DNA of 64,000 bases from Octopus sinensis. Taxonomy: Eukaryota. Below are positions 1-13,646 of this stretch, one piece after another. The translations under genes were made by a program, and so were the position numbers. Under the pieces are notes generated by a model, which was not told the origin of the DNA, did not search any database, and was given only the letters and a program-made list of their open reading frames with translations. The stretch's first letter is position 1, and every line of letters begins with the position of its first letter. The stretch spans positions 115,320,001 to 115,384,000 of the forward strand of contig NC_043000.1 in the NCBI RefSeq assembly GCF_006345805.1. Reading direction: 5' to 3'.

Positions 1-277
1 GGCACGTAAAAAGCACCCACTACACTCATGGAGTGGTTGGCATTAGGAAGGGCATCAAGCTGTAGAAACTCTGCCAGATCAGACTGGAGCCTGGTGAAGC
101 CTTCTGGCTTCCCAGACCCCGGTCGAACTGTCCAATCCATGCTAACATGGAAAACAGACATTAAATGATGATGATGATGATGATGATGATGAAGAGGCCT
201 CTCCTTCAGGTTATCTATATAACAAAATTAACCCCACAAATAAGGATAAATTATAAATTTCAACTAAAAATTTTATA

Positions 278-662
278 GGCGCAGGAGTGGCTGTGTGGTA
301 AGTAGCTTGCTCACCAACCACATGGTTCCAGGTTCAGTCCCACTGCGTGGCAACTTGGGCAAGTGTCTTCTACTATAGCCTCGGGCCAACCAAAGCCTTG
401 TGAGTGGATTTGGTTGATGAAAACTGAAAGAAGCCTGTCGTATATATGCATATGTATGTGTGTTTGTGTGTCTGTGTTTGTCCCCCCATCGCTTGACAAC
501 CAATGCTGGTGTGTTTACGTCCCCGTAACTTAGTGGTTCGGCAAAAGAGACCAATGGAATAAGTACTAGGCTTACAAAGAATAAGTCCTGGGGTTGATTT
601 GCTCGACTAAAAGCGGTGCTCCAGCATGGCCGCAATCAAATGACTGAAAGAGTAAAGAGAGT
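278..662 (+). mobile_element. tRNA-derived SINE family A
   Basis: A box TGGCTGTGTGGT, B box GGTTCAGTCCC, internal (TG/TA) tract and an AAGAGTAAAG tail. Many copies in the window. Confidence 0.9.
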
Positions 663-999
663 ATAAGCCAACAAGCACGCCTCTATGATCTCTGTGATGT
701 GTTACTCTGCTAGAAATAACAGCTATATCTCCTTCAAATCACACCATCTTGGAAAAGGATGAGCACGGTGGATAATTAAATTCTAAAATTATTTTTATAT
801 AATTTTTTATTATATTGATATAATTTTTTACTATTTTTATATAATCTATATTTTTATATCTATATGTATAAAGCTGAAGTTGTCTGTGTATGGCAGGTTT
901 GGTAGCCTTCAACAAACACTCTCTCCTCCGAGAACCTGCAGTGCAAGTTGACCAAAATTGAGGGTATGATAGAAGAAGGCCTGCTCTTCCTTCCATAGA

Positions 1000-1247
1000 A
1001 GAAAAAATTCAAATTGGACCATGTTAACACCAAAAATTATTTACATCAAAAACGTGCTTTTTTTCTATGAAAATCCCTATTTTTTACGATTTTTTGACTG
1101 CTGTGTCGCCATTTTTCGGTGTATTTCAACCAGAAAAATGTTCACTTAAAGAGAATAACAAACTACCTAAGGCAAAATTTTTACTTTTCAAAAACTCCAA
1201 TTCTAAAGGGTCGAAACAAACCGAGCAACGCCGGGCGATACTGCTAG
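1000..1247 (+). mobile_element. Helitron 3' end fragment
   Basis: Subterminal GC hairpin ccgagcaacgccggg followed by CTAG|T. Confidence 0.55.
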
Positions 1248-1684
1248 TATATATTGTCATTCTTTTTATATAATTCTTTTAATGATTTACATTAATTTTT
1301 CATTATTATTTTCAGATTCAATGAATTGAGTTTCCTAGGAGAAATTGTTTTTAATTTAGCTCTATTTCCTATTATTAACTTATAATTCAATCATGAGCAA
1401 AAACGAATTTGAACTTTTGATAGCCAGGCAAACTAAGACAGAGTTATGTACCTTGCATAATAAAACAGTTTTGCTGCCGTTGGGAAATCAGCCGCTTGAA
1501 TACTGTATTTGATAGCATAAAGGATGCAGGGTGTCTTAGATCCACCCCAATCTCAGTAGTACATATTCGGGAAGACTCCTTTTTAGTGCATTAATGCATA
1601 TTAATTATATTTAAAGCAATCTAGTCGTACATTACACAACATTACAAAAAGTATCTTGGTTATAACAGAAAATAATTCGTTTTT

Positions 1685-3280
1685 ATAATAATAATGAAAT
1701 TATTGTATACAGTGCTCAGGTGCACCACAACTTGTCAGAAAGTGCATATAAAGTACATGCAGTAATGTAAAAATGTCTGGAAAGCGAACAATGTATGAGT
1801 CAGATACATGCCTGTGTTTGTATGGAGGGGAGAAAATCAGGTGTAGTGTTGGCGAATCTCAGAAAGCATGGAAGTTTTGAAGGATGCAGTGCTCCGACAA
1901 CTAACAACTGATGCCGGCAGTTTGTTCCAGGCTTCAGCAACTCTCAGCGTGAAAAAATGTTTCCTGAAGTCATGGGAGCTGTGCTGTTTTCTGACTTTGT
2001 AAATATGTCCAAGGGTGTTAGATGGGTGGAGTTTGAAAAGGTGTTCAAAGTTATTGTTTGTACGATGGTTGATAATTTTATGGGTGTCTGCCAAGTCAGC
2101 TGCCAGACGTCGGAGTTTCAATGTGTCCATGCCCAGGGAAGTAAGGCGTTCAGGATATGGCAAATGCCTGATGGAGGGTATTCTTTTGGTTGCACGTCTC
2201 TGAACAGCTTCCAGACGATTGATATCCTGGGCAAGATAGGGGTTCCAGACCGGTGATGCAAATTCCAGGTGAGGTCTTACCATAGCTATATAAAGCCGCA
2301 GATAGATAGCCGGAGAGCGGCTCACAAAGGATTTGGTGCGTGATGCCAAGACACCCTCAGCCTTTTTGACAATTTTAGCGATGTGTTTTGTCCAACGCAA
2401 ATCACTGTCGACAATAACACCCAGGTCACGTTCACATGAAGAGTTTTTGAGACTAGTGTTGTGGAGGGAGTAGGTGGACGCTGGGTTTCTCCTCCCAAAA
2501 TGCATGGTGGTACTTTTGCCCACAGCCAGCTTGAGTTGCCAGTCCATGATCCACTGCTGCATTGTGTCCAGGTCTGCTTGCAATAGAGATCTATAGTGTA
2601 CAGGATTTGACCTCTTTATTTCGAGGTACAGCTTGATGTCATCTGCATATTTCAGCACTGTGGCATTCTTTAAGTTGGCATCTATGTCATTAACATATGC
2701 AACAAATAAAAGGGGGGGCCAAGAACAGATCCCTGTGGTACACCGGATGCCATCTCATAGGGCGAAGAGTGCTGTCCTAGAACTGTGACAACCTCTTTCT
2801 GGCCGAAAATAAGGACTTCAACCAGTTATAGAGTTCGTCTCTTACACCCAACACAGAAAGCTTCACCATAAGTCTTTTGTGTGGCACAGAGTTAAAAGCC
2901 TTAGCAAAGTCCAGGTAAACAACATTCACCCAGGATCCGCGATCAGTGATTTGGGTAACGTCCTCAAGAAACTCGATGAGTTGATTACAGCAGCTGGAGT
3001 TAGGAATAAATCCGAATTGTGACGGCTGGATGAGGCTGTGAGACTTCCAGAAGTTCCAGAGTGTTTCTCTGATACAGGATTCCATCAGTTTGGCGATGCA
3101 GCTAGTAAGACTGACGGGGCAATAGTTGACAGGCGATGTGCGGTCGCTTTTTTTGAACAGAGGGATGACACTGGCAGTTTTCCACTGTTCTGGAGTAACA
3201 CCATTGTCAAGACAGAATTGGAAGAATAGAGAAAGTTGGCTTAGAAGAAAGTACCCACCGCGTTTGAGAAGTAGGTATGG
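1685..3280 (-). mobile_element. 5'-truncated CR1-clade LINE (RT C-terminal half, frameshifted)
   Basis: Motifs WKTASVIPLFKK..NYCPVSLTS, YLDFAKAFNSVPH, YADD, RPHLEFASPVWNP and LEAVQRRATK, with a (TTA)n 3' tail. Confidence 0.92.
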
Positions 3281-4006
3281 ATTTGGTTTTCAAGATTCTT
3301 TATATGAATTCGTGTGTTGAAGCATATTCTGTTGTATCTGGGGAGAGTCATTTTCGTTTTGTGTCTTAGGACTATGGAAAGGGTTGCAAGACGCAACGAA
3401 AATTTTAGGAAAATGGAAATAAGAAATAAGTGAAAATTTTACCGGTCAGTGTGCTACATTATAAGGCACAAAAAGAAAATGACTCTCCTCAGACACAACA
3501 GAACAGAAAATATTTTTGTAAGTAAAAAGAGTATGTGGCCTGGTTGTTAGGACGTTGCATGCATGATCGTGGGACTGATTCCTGAACCGAGCAGTGCATT
3601 GTGTTCTTGAGCAAAACACTTCATTCTGCATTGCTGCAGTCCACATAGCTGTAAATGAGTGACCCTACGATGGGCAAACCTTCCAATCGGGGGTAGTTGT
3701 TGGCCTGCTCACCTAGCCAGTGGGTTAGCACCATTTGAAAGCTAAAATGATGCAAAGCACATTGTGAACAGTGATGTGTAACAACATCTTATAGTCTGGT
3801 TGATTGTGTTGTCATGTTATATGAAAAGTGTGTTAGCTGTGCAGCTGAATATAAAGCAAGAAATTGCAGTAGTAAAAATATTCTATACGATTATAGTAAA
3901 AAAATGCAAAGCAGAATACATCATCATCATTTAACTTCTGTTTTCCATGCAGCCATGGGTTAAAACAAAACATACAAACAAAAATTTAATATAGAGTCAG
4001 TTAAAA

Positions 4007-4229
4007 GGCGGCAAGCTGGCAGAAACGTTAGCACGCCGGGCAAAATGCTTTGTGGTATTTCGTCCGCCACTGTGTTCTGAGTTCAAATTCCACCAAGATC
4101 GACTTTGCCTTTCATCCTTTCGGGGTCGATTAAATAAGAACCAGTTACACACTGGGGTTGATATAATTGACTTAATCCGTCTGTCTGTCCTCTCTGTGTT
4201 TAGCCCCTTGTGGGTAGTAAAGAAATAGA
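4007..4229 (+). mobile_element. CORE-type SINE family B
   Basis: Match to 14059-14280. Confidence 0.85.
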
Positions 4230-4841
4230 AGGTGATGAGGATGGAAAAGAAAAGTAAAACAGAAGGAATGAGAGGAGAAGAAGGAAAAGAAGCAATGAGA
4301 TAATTTATGATTCGACTGTGCAGTTAAGCAGCTGGCTTCCAAACCGCATGTAAAAGCACCCACTACACTCTCGGAGTGGTTGGCATTAGGAAGGTCATCC
4401 AACTGCAGAAACTCTGCCACATCAGATTGGTGCCTGGTGCAACCATCTGGTTCGCCAGTCCTCAGTGAAATCGTCCAACCCATGCTAGCATGAAAAGCGG
4501 ATGTTAAACGATGATGATGATATATATATATATATATAAATTTAATTATGAAGAAAAGTAAATGGAGATAAGGAAGTTAATTATTTATTATTAACAAATT
4601 TGTTTTCCTAGCTTCTTGCATCTGTTTCATATATCTTACAGCCATTTCATATCTATCATTCGCTTTCCAATCTGGCAATGTTTCTACAGCTGGATGCTCT
4701 TCCTAACGCCAACAACTCTGAGAGTGCAGTGGATGCTTTTTATGTGCCACTGGCACAAAGGCCAGTCAGGCAGTATTGGCATTGGCCATGCTTGAATGGT
4801 GCATTTTACGTGCCATCAGCATGGGAGCCAATATACATATA

Positions 4842-5172
4842 CAGGGTGTGGTGAATAAACTGGCATCTAAATTACACAAAAATGAAAATAACACTGACAT
4901 ATCATTTTAACAGATATATTTACCAAAATTACATAAAAATATCTTGAAGTACTGAAGAGTGAATTTATTCAATAAAATCACCATTGGCTGAACCATGACC
5001 TCCAGACAACTTTGGAATCTCTTGCAGCTCTTCTGGACGGTCTCCTTGTTTAAGTTGATCAATGCTGACATAATTCTTGCCTCTAGTTCATCTTTGGTGT
5101 TACAAGGAGTTGTTTTGTTGATCTCTCGCTCAACTGTGCCCCACACATAATAATCAAGGGGTTTGCAGTCTG
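4842..5172 (-). mobile_element. Tc1/mariner (maT/DD37D-like) transposase 3' remnant with TIR
   Basis: TA|CAGGGTGT terminus. The translation DCKPLDYYVWGTVEREINK..TKDELEARI resembles SPDLNPLDY-type transposases. Confidence 0.7.
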
Positions 5173-5585
5173 TATATGTATACACACACATACACACACA
5201 CACACACAAGGTAAACTGTGTGGGCAAACAAAAATATGAGATACTGTGAAGTGGTTTTCTTTTTTTTTTTTTGATAAGCCTGGTACTTATTCTATCAGTT
5301 TCTTCTTGTGAAATCAGTAAGTTATGGGGATATAAATAAACGAACAGCAGTTGTGAAGCAGTGATGAAGGAGAAACACAAACACACACACATAGACTTAC
5401 ATATATACATACATATATATACGATTGATTTCTTTCAGTTTCTGTCTACAAAATCCACTGACAAGGCTTTGGTTGGTCTGAGGCTATAGCAGAAGACACA
5501 TGCTGAGTCACCACACAGCCACACCTGCACCTGTATGTGTGTGTGTGTTTGTGTTTATGTATGCCTGTATATATGTGTATATATA

Positions 5586-5655
<70 letters not shown>

Positions 5656-5894
5656 TGAGAAAATGGAGAAATACATCTAAATCAAATATCAATTACCAGA
5701 TGATACTCAATCACATACTTTATTAAACCACTACATAAGAGACTATAGGGTTAAATATAAAAGCAGAACAAAACAGTGTACATAAAGGAATGTACATAAA
5801 AAAGTGTACATAAAAGAGTAATGTTGTATAATAAGTGGAATATATATAAAAGAGAATATAAATATAAGTAAATATAAATGTAAGTATAGATTAC

Positions 5895-6021
5895 ATCTTA
5901 CAGCTGTTTCGGCCATGTAGATAGGTATGTCTCATTTTACCAATATTAGGCCCTTATGGTTGGTCAATATATAGATATAAATGAGACATTTACAAAAATA
6001 TCATAAGGCCTCTTCGGAGAT
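5895..6021 (-). ncRNA. Degenerate type I hammerhead with long stem II (Penelope-like remnant, ~5700-6540)
   Basis: Minus strand reads AUCU-CCGAAGA-GGCC...GGCC-GAAA-CAGCUG-UA^AGAU. It carries a U4C change in the core. Confidence 0.55.
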
Positions 6022-6619
6022 TATGTAATAAAATCAGTCTACATATATACCCACATGGGTGTGGGTGCATACCCATAATACAACATATACATATGAGTGC
6101 ATATACTCACACTCCTATACATATAAAAATATAAATATACATAATGATATAAATAAATAATATAAATTAGTAAACATATATATGTGTTCCACATCCAATG
6201 TCTCATTTTTTCGACTTAATATTGTGATAATAAACATACACAAATTAGTACCTAGATGCAAATATACATAGTCAATTGTACATTATATTACTTCATAGTA
6301 ATTTCTAAAGTGTCTTTAAAGTTAGCATCATTATCGTTGTCAATACCATTAATGTTATCATTATTATCATTCATAATATTATTAATAACGCTTACATTAG
6401 GATCCAGAGCGGTATATATGTATATCCTAGTTCCAGTTAGTAATTTTCCTTATGACATAAATACACTATTGGATTTGAATTTAAAATTATCATTATCTTC
6501 CTCACGGTTGGTCAATTGAGAGCCGCCTGACCTCCATATATATATATATATATATATATACATCTACACAAATACATGTATACATATACACCTATATGTA
6601 TAGAAATACATGTATATAA

Positions 6620-6650
<31 letters not shown>

Positions 6651-6669
6651 CATGTAAATTTAAATTTAA

Positions 6670-7060
6670 TATAATAAGGGTGAAAATTTGAATATTAATT
6701 TGATTAATATCAATTTAAAATCAGTGGTGTAGCATATTGAAAAGTGTGAAGTTTCAGAAGAAATTATATTACATACATGCCACTTATATTTCGCTATTAA
6801 AGTGAAAGTATCTGACATTACAATAGAGAGATGTTTTTGTTTCACTTTTGACACGCAATACTGAAATAGTGGAGAAGATATAATATTGCTGTGAGCTCGC
6901 CCTAGCCAAGAAGTTAGATTTTTTGCCCATGACACTACATGGACCCTAAGTAAGGCATGTGTAAAATTTGAATGAAATTGGTTGTGTAGTTCTCAAGTTT
7001 TAGGGATTCACACAGACTGACAGACAGACAGACACACATTCTCAGTTTTATATATATAGA
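6670..7060 (-). mobile_element. Helitron-like non-autonomous fragment
   Basis: Minus strand begins TCTATATATATAAAACTGAGAATGTGTGTCTGTCTG, a Helitron-type 5' TC end with a (CTGT)n repeat. Confidence 0.45.
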
Positions 7061-7817
7061 TGTGTGTGTATGTATATACATATATATATGTGTGTGTGTG
7101 TATATACATATGTATATTTATATATATATACATATACATATATATGCATATATATACATATATAATATATATATACATATATAATATATATATATACATA
7201 TACATATGTGTGTGTGTGTATATATACATATACACACACACACATATGATGTCTGTCCCAAAAGAAACTGGACTTTTAAAATGTACGTGAGTATGCTGAC
7301 CAGCTGGCAAAGTGTTCTCAAAACTGTGCTAGTAGTACTGTATCCAGTCTTGTTTGGTAATCTTGACCTTCAGTCTAATAATAGTCAAACCATATGACAT
7401 CAGTTAGTCATCAATCTCATCATGGTTGAGTGAACGAATGAGCTGTGTACCTGGAGATCTGTGGCAATTTGATCAATGAAAGACTTATATGCTGAGAGCA
7501 TATTCTGTGGTTTTCTCCCTTCACTTATGATTTGTCTCTGTGTGACTCCCACAACTTCCAGCCTCTCTATTTGTCAACAAAGAGAGTTAAATCGTTTTAT
7601 TCTTTATCTCTCTCTTTTATTCATCCTTCTAGCAATCAGTGAAAGATGAACTTAACTACCTACAGAATACAGAATAGATTACAGAACAACAAATAATCTG
7701 TGTATAACAACAATTCGAAGAAGTTATATCTTATATTGTTATGATGAAAATAAAGGGTCATTTCAACTAATAATATTTTTCTTCTGGTCAGTTTTCTGCT
7801 ACATACAATCATTAATA

Positions 7818-8215
7818 GGCGCAGGAGTGGCTATGTGGTAAGTAGCATGCTTACCAAACACATGGTTCTGGGTTTAGTCCCACTGCGTGGCACCTTGGGC
7901 AGGTGTCTTTTACTATAGCCTCGGGCCGACCAAAGCCTTGTGTGGATTTGGTAGATGGAAACTGAAAGAAGCCTGTCGTATATATGTATATATATGTGTG
8001 TATGTCGTTGTGTGTCTGTGTTTGTCCCCCCAACATCGCTTGACAACCGATGCTGGTGTGTTTATGTCCCTGTAACTTAGCGGTTCAGCAAAAGAGACCG
8101 ATAGAATTAGAATAAGTACTAGGCTTACAAAGAATAAGTCCTGGGGGTCGATTTCCTCAACTAAAGGTGGTGCTCCAGCATGGCCGCAGTCACATGACTG
8201 AAATAAGTAAAAGAG
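7818..8215 (+). mobile_element. tRNA-derived SINE family A
   Basis: Full-length match to 278-662. Confidence 0.9.
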
Positions 8216-9041
8216 TATTACATCATCATCATCGATTAACGTCCGCTTTCCATGCTAGCATGGGTTGGACTATTTTGACTGAGGACTGGTGAACCAGATG
8301 GCTGCACCAGGCTCCAATCTTGATCTGGCAGATTCTACAGCTGGATGCCCTTCCTAACGCCAACCACTCCAAGAGTATAGTGGGTGCTTTTTATGTGCCA
8401 CCGGCATGGGGCCAGTCAGGCGATACTGGCAATGACCTCATTCGAATGTTTTTACACATGCTACCGGCACAGGTGCCAGTAAGGCAATGCTGGTAACGAT
8501 CATGCTCAAATGGTGCCCTTTTACGTGCCATCGACACAGAAGCCAGTTAGCCACTCTGGCAACGATCATGCTCAGATGGTGCTCTTGGTACTCTACTAGC
8601 ACGGGCACAAGTGCCAGTAAGGCGACGCTGGTAACGATCACACTCGGATGGTGCCTTTTATGTGTCACTGGCACGGAAGCCGGTTAGACAGTATGTGTGT
8701 GCACACATGCATGTGTGTGATGCTCACATGCGTGTTTTTGACTTATGTCTTGACATTACACAATAGTTGTAAACAAGCTTCACCTTCATACAAATGGCAG
8801 TGTTCAATTCCAATCTTTCCCAATGTCTGACTAATGCAAGCATGGATAAGTGAATGTTAAAAAGATGGTGTTGATTTCTAATGCTCCAACAATCCAGTGA
8901 GGCAGATGGTTTCAGACATATGTAATGGTTATAGAAATTTCACCATAGAAAGTTTTGCTGTAGGAAAACTGGCGGCTATAAGAAAATATGTTTTTAATGA
9001 TCTCACCACAAGTTTTATTAATGTTTGATGTTGAATAAAGA

Positions 9042-9311
9042 CATATTTTGTTGTGTCTAGGGAGAGTCATTTTCTTTTTGTGCCTTATTTTTATTGTCCT
9101 AAGATTTTCACTGCGTCTTGCAACCTTTTCAATAGCTTTGAAAAGGTTACAAGACACAACGAAAATTTTAGGACAATAAAAAAATAAGTGGAAATTTTAC
9201 CGGTGAGTGTGTTAAATAATAAGGCACAAAAAGAAAATGACTCTCCCTAGATACAACAGAATATGCTTCAACACATGAACTCATATAAAGAATCTTGCAA
9301 ACCAAATCCAA
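9042..9311. mobile_element. Fold-back MITE-like element (copies also at 3278-3503 and ~28615-28846)
   Basis: Inverted arms CATATTTTGTTGTGTCTAGGGAGAGTCATTTTCTTTTTGTGCCTTATT, with an inner hairpin and a one-sided ~45-bp extension. Confidence 0.7.
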
Positions 9312-10302
9312 AAGCGAAATACATACTTATTTAATGCTTTCATCATTTTTTTTTTTAATTTTAAGGAAAGCTGATATAATACATTTTATCATTGTCCATA
9401 ATGGCAAATTTGTCTAACAAATTTTCTGGACATAATATGCAATATCACAAGAAGTACAAGTGCTTCAAATTGAGAACATTCCCTGAAACTGGGGCCACAT
9501 CTGGATAATCTTCTCCAACAACATATGATGACCTCCTTGTAAAAGGACATACTATTATCAGTGAAAATTGTCAGTTGATTTATCTTTTATTTGATTCAGT
9601 CATTAGACTGTGGTCATGCTGGGGCACCACCTTGAAGAATTTTTAGCTGACTGTATCTACCCCGGTGCTTATTTATTATTTTTTTAAAAGTCTGGTACTT
9701 ACTTGACAACCACAACTCCGACTCACAGGTACCATTTACAAGGTACTGACAACAGTCTGACTCTGATTTCACAGGTGCTGCTTACATGGCACCGGCAATG
9801 GCCATGACTATGGTTTCATGACATCAGCATGGCCACAACTTTGATTTCACTTGGCCTGACGAGTCTTCCCATGCACAGCATCTGTTCCTGTCCCTTTATC
9901 ATACTTTAGCCTCTCCACACCTGGCATAAAGCCACCACTCTCTCTACTACACCCTCGCTCAGTTGGGAAGACTTTTCTCCGCATTTTGCAAGTTACTAGA
10001 TAAACTCACTGGAGCATTATCATCAACAAACAATCCCGGGAGATTACTGTTTCAAGTTTTAGGGTGTTTTACCCAGTTTCCATGGCACATAAGTGATTGA
10101 GATGACAACATTATTACAGAATAGAATGCCAGTCCATCGCAGAGTTAATCAATCAAAGCTCAGTGGGACTGGAGCAATGTGAAATGAAGTGTTTTGTTAA
10201 AAAAAAAACAAGGCATCTCACGGCGGGGGAATCGAAAGCAAAGTCTTGTAATTGTGAATGCAACAACCTAACCACTAAGACATGTGGAAGAAAGCACCTA
10301 GT

Positions 10303-10700
10303 TCACTCTTTTACTTCTTTCAGTCATTTGACAGCGGCCATGCTGGAGCACCGCATTTAGTCAAGCAAATCGACCCCAGGACTTATTTTTTGAAAGCCTA
10401 GTACTTATTCTATCGGTCTGTTTTGCCGAACCGCTAAGTTATGGAGACGTAAACACACCAGCATCTGTTGTCAAGCGATGGTGGTGGAACAAACACAGGC
10501 ACACAAATATATACACACACATACATACATATATATACATATATACGACGGGCTTCTTTCAGGTTCCGTCTACCAAATCCACTCACACGGCCTTGGTCGG
10601 CCCGAGGCTATAGTAGAAGTCACTTGCCCAAGTTGCCACGCAGTGGGACTGAACCCAGAACCATGTGGTTGGTAAGCAAGCTACTTACCACACAGCCACT
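10303..10700 (-). mobile_element. tRNA-derived SINE family A
   Basis: Reverse-complement match to 278-662, with CpGs largely intact. Confidence 0.9.
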
Positions 10701-11029
10701 CAAATGGTTGATATTAGGAAAGGCATCCAGCAGTAGAAACTATGTCAAAGCAGATACGAGAACTCGACGCAGTCGTCCAGCTTGTCAAATAATCTGAAAA
10801 TCTAATCCATGCCAGTTTGAAAGACATACGTTAAATGATGTTGCTGATATATACACACACGCGCACATAAATGCACTTATGCTATTTTTCTCTAAATATA
10901 TCTATGTGTGTGTTGAATAATTTTTTCTAACTAAAAATTCATGTTCTTAAGCAAAGGAATATCTATGAGGAAATATATAACCATTGGCGATAGAACGAGT
11001 ACCTGACTACGAAAATAAGACTAGACGTC

Positions 11030-12300
11030 CATAAAATTTGGCGAAAATGAATGTAAGACGTGTGACGTCAGTTTATCACGTGTTTTAAAGCTTAATTGTT
11101 AAAAAAAATTAATATTAAACATTTAAGTTTTAATTAATCTTTTATGTTATTTAGAGGTGAACGATGTGTGTGTGATTGGTGTCAGTGTTGCTGTATATAA
11201 AGTCAAACCATATATCATACCCCACCACTTTTTTAAAAAACTTTTTGCACGCTTGATTTAATGACAACGAAATCCAAAATACCAGTGCTATCTTGATTGC
11301 TGTAGCAGCATTTTTTATTTTGCAAAGAACCAGAGTGTGTGTGTATACATTTATGTGCGTGAAGTGCGCGCGTGTCGCGAAGTAGACCGCACCACTACAC
11401 CTACTAACGGGCATTTTAAATATAAACTTTTACCTCTGTAACACGGACCATACCATCAACCTAACCACTAAAGTTCTATGGAAACATAATATGAACCATT
11501 ACCTAAAATGATCCCTCCTGAGAATGATATATATGCGCGAGGAGGGAAAAAGATGAGCGAATAATGAGGTTAGCTTCCGGCAAGATTGAGTTTGCTTCGA
11601 CACCATACCCAAACTGTCTCAATTTATTTTATATATTAAATAAAAAAAAAGTGAACCGAACTACATATTTGTTATCTCTTATGATTTAGAGATCTTCTGC
11701 GTAGTCACAAGATGCATAATATATATAGGTTATGAGTTTGTTTTCTCGGAACCAGATCAACAGATCGTGGTGGGGGAGACTTTTGAATGTACCACGATGA
11801 CTTCTTTGTGACCTGATAACTTGTCGAGAAATATGTATGGTTTTCTTTTGTCAATATATATATGTATATAACATGGGAAATAACCCCACAAACAATCAAA
11901 GAACCCCTTACAAACACGATAACACGAACAATGAGTCTCCTAACCCCTTCGTCCTTCTTAGGAAGCCCCGAGCTGTATTCACTGCGGTTCTTTTTCCGCC
12001 GGTCCGTTTCATGAAATTAATGTTATTTATATATTTTACCGCGCGTTTTCCTCTCCTTATTTAAATATATCATTTTTTTTTAAATGTGACACAATAAAGA
12101 AGAAAGCATAACACTTTTTTTCCAAATAAAATTTATGATTATATTATTACGCTAAAATTTCGTTCCTTTTTACGGTTGCTTCTAATTAGTGCGAGAACTT
12201 GTCCAACTCCCCCTTCACCACCTTGCATCTCAGTTCTTTTATTATTCTTCATTTGTGACTAAAAATGTACCGGGAACCGAAGTTTGGTCATCGTTAAATG
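11030..12300. promoter_or_regulatory. CpG-retaining proximal promoter region of YTHDF (possibly bidirectional)
   Basis: CRE TGACGTCA at 11063-11070, E-box CACGTG at 11077-11082, a GCGCGCG/TCGCGA cluster near 11365-11380, ETS-like CTTCCGG at 11574-11580. The region is almost free of SINEs. Confidence 0.55.
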
Positions 12301-13273
12301 GTTTTCTATCGGTAATTTGTATTTACATATACAAAAAGGTAACCTTTAAGTTTTATCTGCAAAGCCTAAAACGAACACGATCCTTGCTCTTAAAGATTTA
12401 TTAATTAAAACCGACAAATTTATTATTAAATGTTTCGTAACTAAATTAACAATTGTTGAAAAACAGATAAAAATAAAAATCAATCGAAATAAACTCAAAA
12501 GGAAAGAAAAGCTTTGATATTTTTCCTTTAGAAGAAGAATATAAACATAATCAGGACAATTAGCCACAGAATTGCGCTAATAATTATCAACTCTGGCGGA
12601 ATTTTTTTGCTCAATACCACAAGAAATTAAATTATAAGCTGTAATGCGATTTCTTGGGTGCTTATTAAATTTTTTTAATTTGTCTTGCATTAAAGTATTT
12701 TTGTCTCTATGCATACATGGAAACAAGATTTCCATATATGTACAAATCGACAAAAAAGAACTAATTTAATTGTAGCGGAATTAAAAAGAAATAGGGGAAA
12801 TACGCACATACATACATATTCATACACATGTGTGTGAATATATACACATACACACACGTGTATGAGTATGTGTGTGTATATATATATATGTGTGTGTGTG
12901 TCTATATATATATACACATACATACGACCTGTGAGCATAGAAGGAACAGTGTATATTAAAAAAATAGGAGAACAAAGAAAAAGTGTTGCAAATAGATATG
13001 AGCAAGATTTTAATTAAAATTGTTAATTATTTGTTGGATTCTATTATTTTTTTCCTTGTGTCTTTTTCTTCAGAGTCGACGATCAAGGTCCAGAATATTT
13101 ACCAACGTCCTCAGCGTCATTATTAACTGCGATCCCTGAATGACCGCCACCACAACTATCACCCCAACTCATACTACTCCTCCTCACTTTCTTGCTCCGT
13201 CACTTCACAAGCTACATTCACTGGCAAACCGCCTTTACTGGAGCCTTTCTACATGCATAAATATATATATATG
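12190..13273 (+). other. Probable upstream non-coding exons of YTHDF
   Basis: Donor TCG|GTAATT at 12311/12312 and strong acceptor tttttcttcag at 13073. The other boundaries are uncertain. Confidence 0.3.
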
Positions 13274-13646
13274 TATGTATAACTATATACATATATATAT
13301 ATATTCTTAACGGACCTCAAGGGGTTTGTTGGGCCCCTCTTACCCGCAAGCCGTCCCCTCCCTTCATTCTATATATCTTCAAAGGTTTTTTTACCCGCAA
13401 AATTTTTACCCCTCAAAAGTTCTACACAAGGAAGCAAACTCACAGGGAAAGGAAATATCCCTTAAAAAATTCCAAGGGCAAAATTGTTAATAAGTGTATT
13501 TTTTCTTTTACATGTATTCTATTCCTGGAGTTTTTAGCATTTGTTTGCCCCACTCCCATCTCGGAAAATCCCTCGAATGAGGGAGAACAAGAAAAAAAAA
13601 GGACTCATCAGAAGAGGGACATAGCATTTTTCTTTTTCCTTTCTAG

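Noticed and set aside
278-350. tRNA gene
   Set aside because: A and B boxes are present but run into a SINE body, with no cloverleaf or terminator.
273-635. Recurrent ORFs such as RHLPKLPRSGTEPGTMWLVSKLLTTQP
   Set aside because: They are antisense translations of SINE family A.
13535-13620. Minus-strand CUGAUGA-GUCC start of a hammerhead near the YTHDF leader
   Set aside because: No properly placed GAAA and no stem III or stem I partner.
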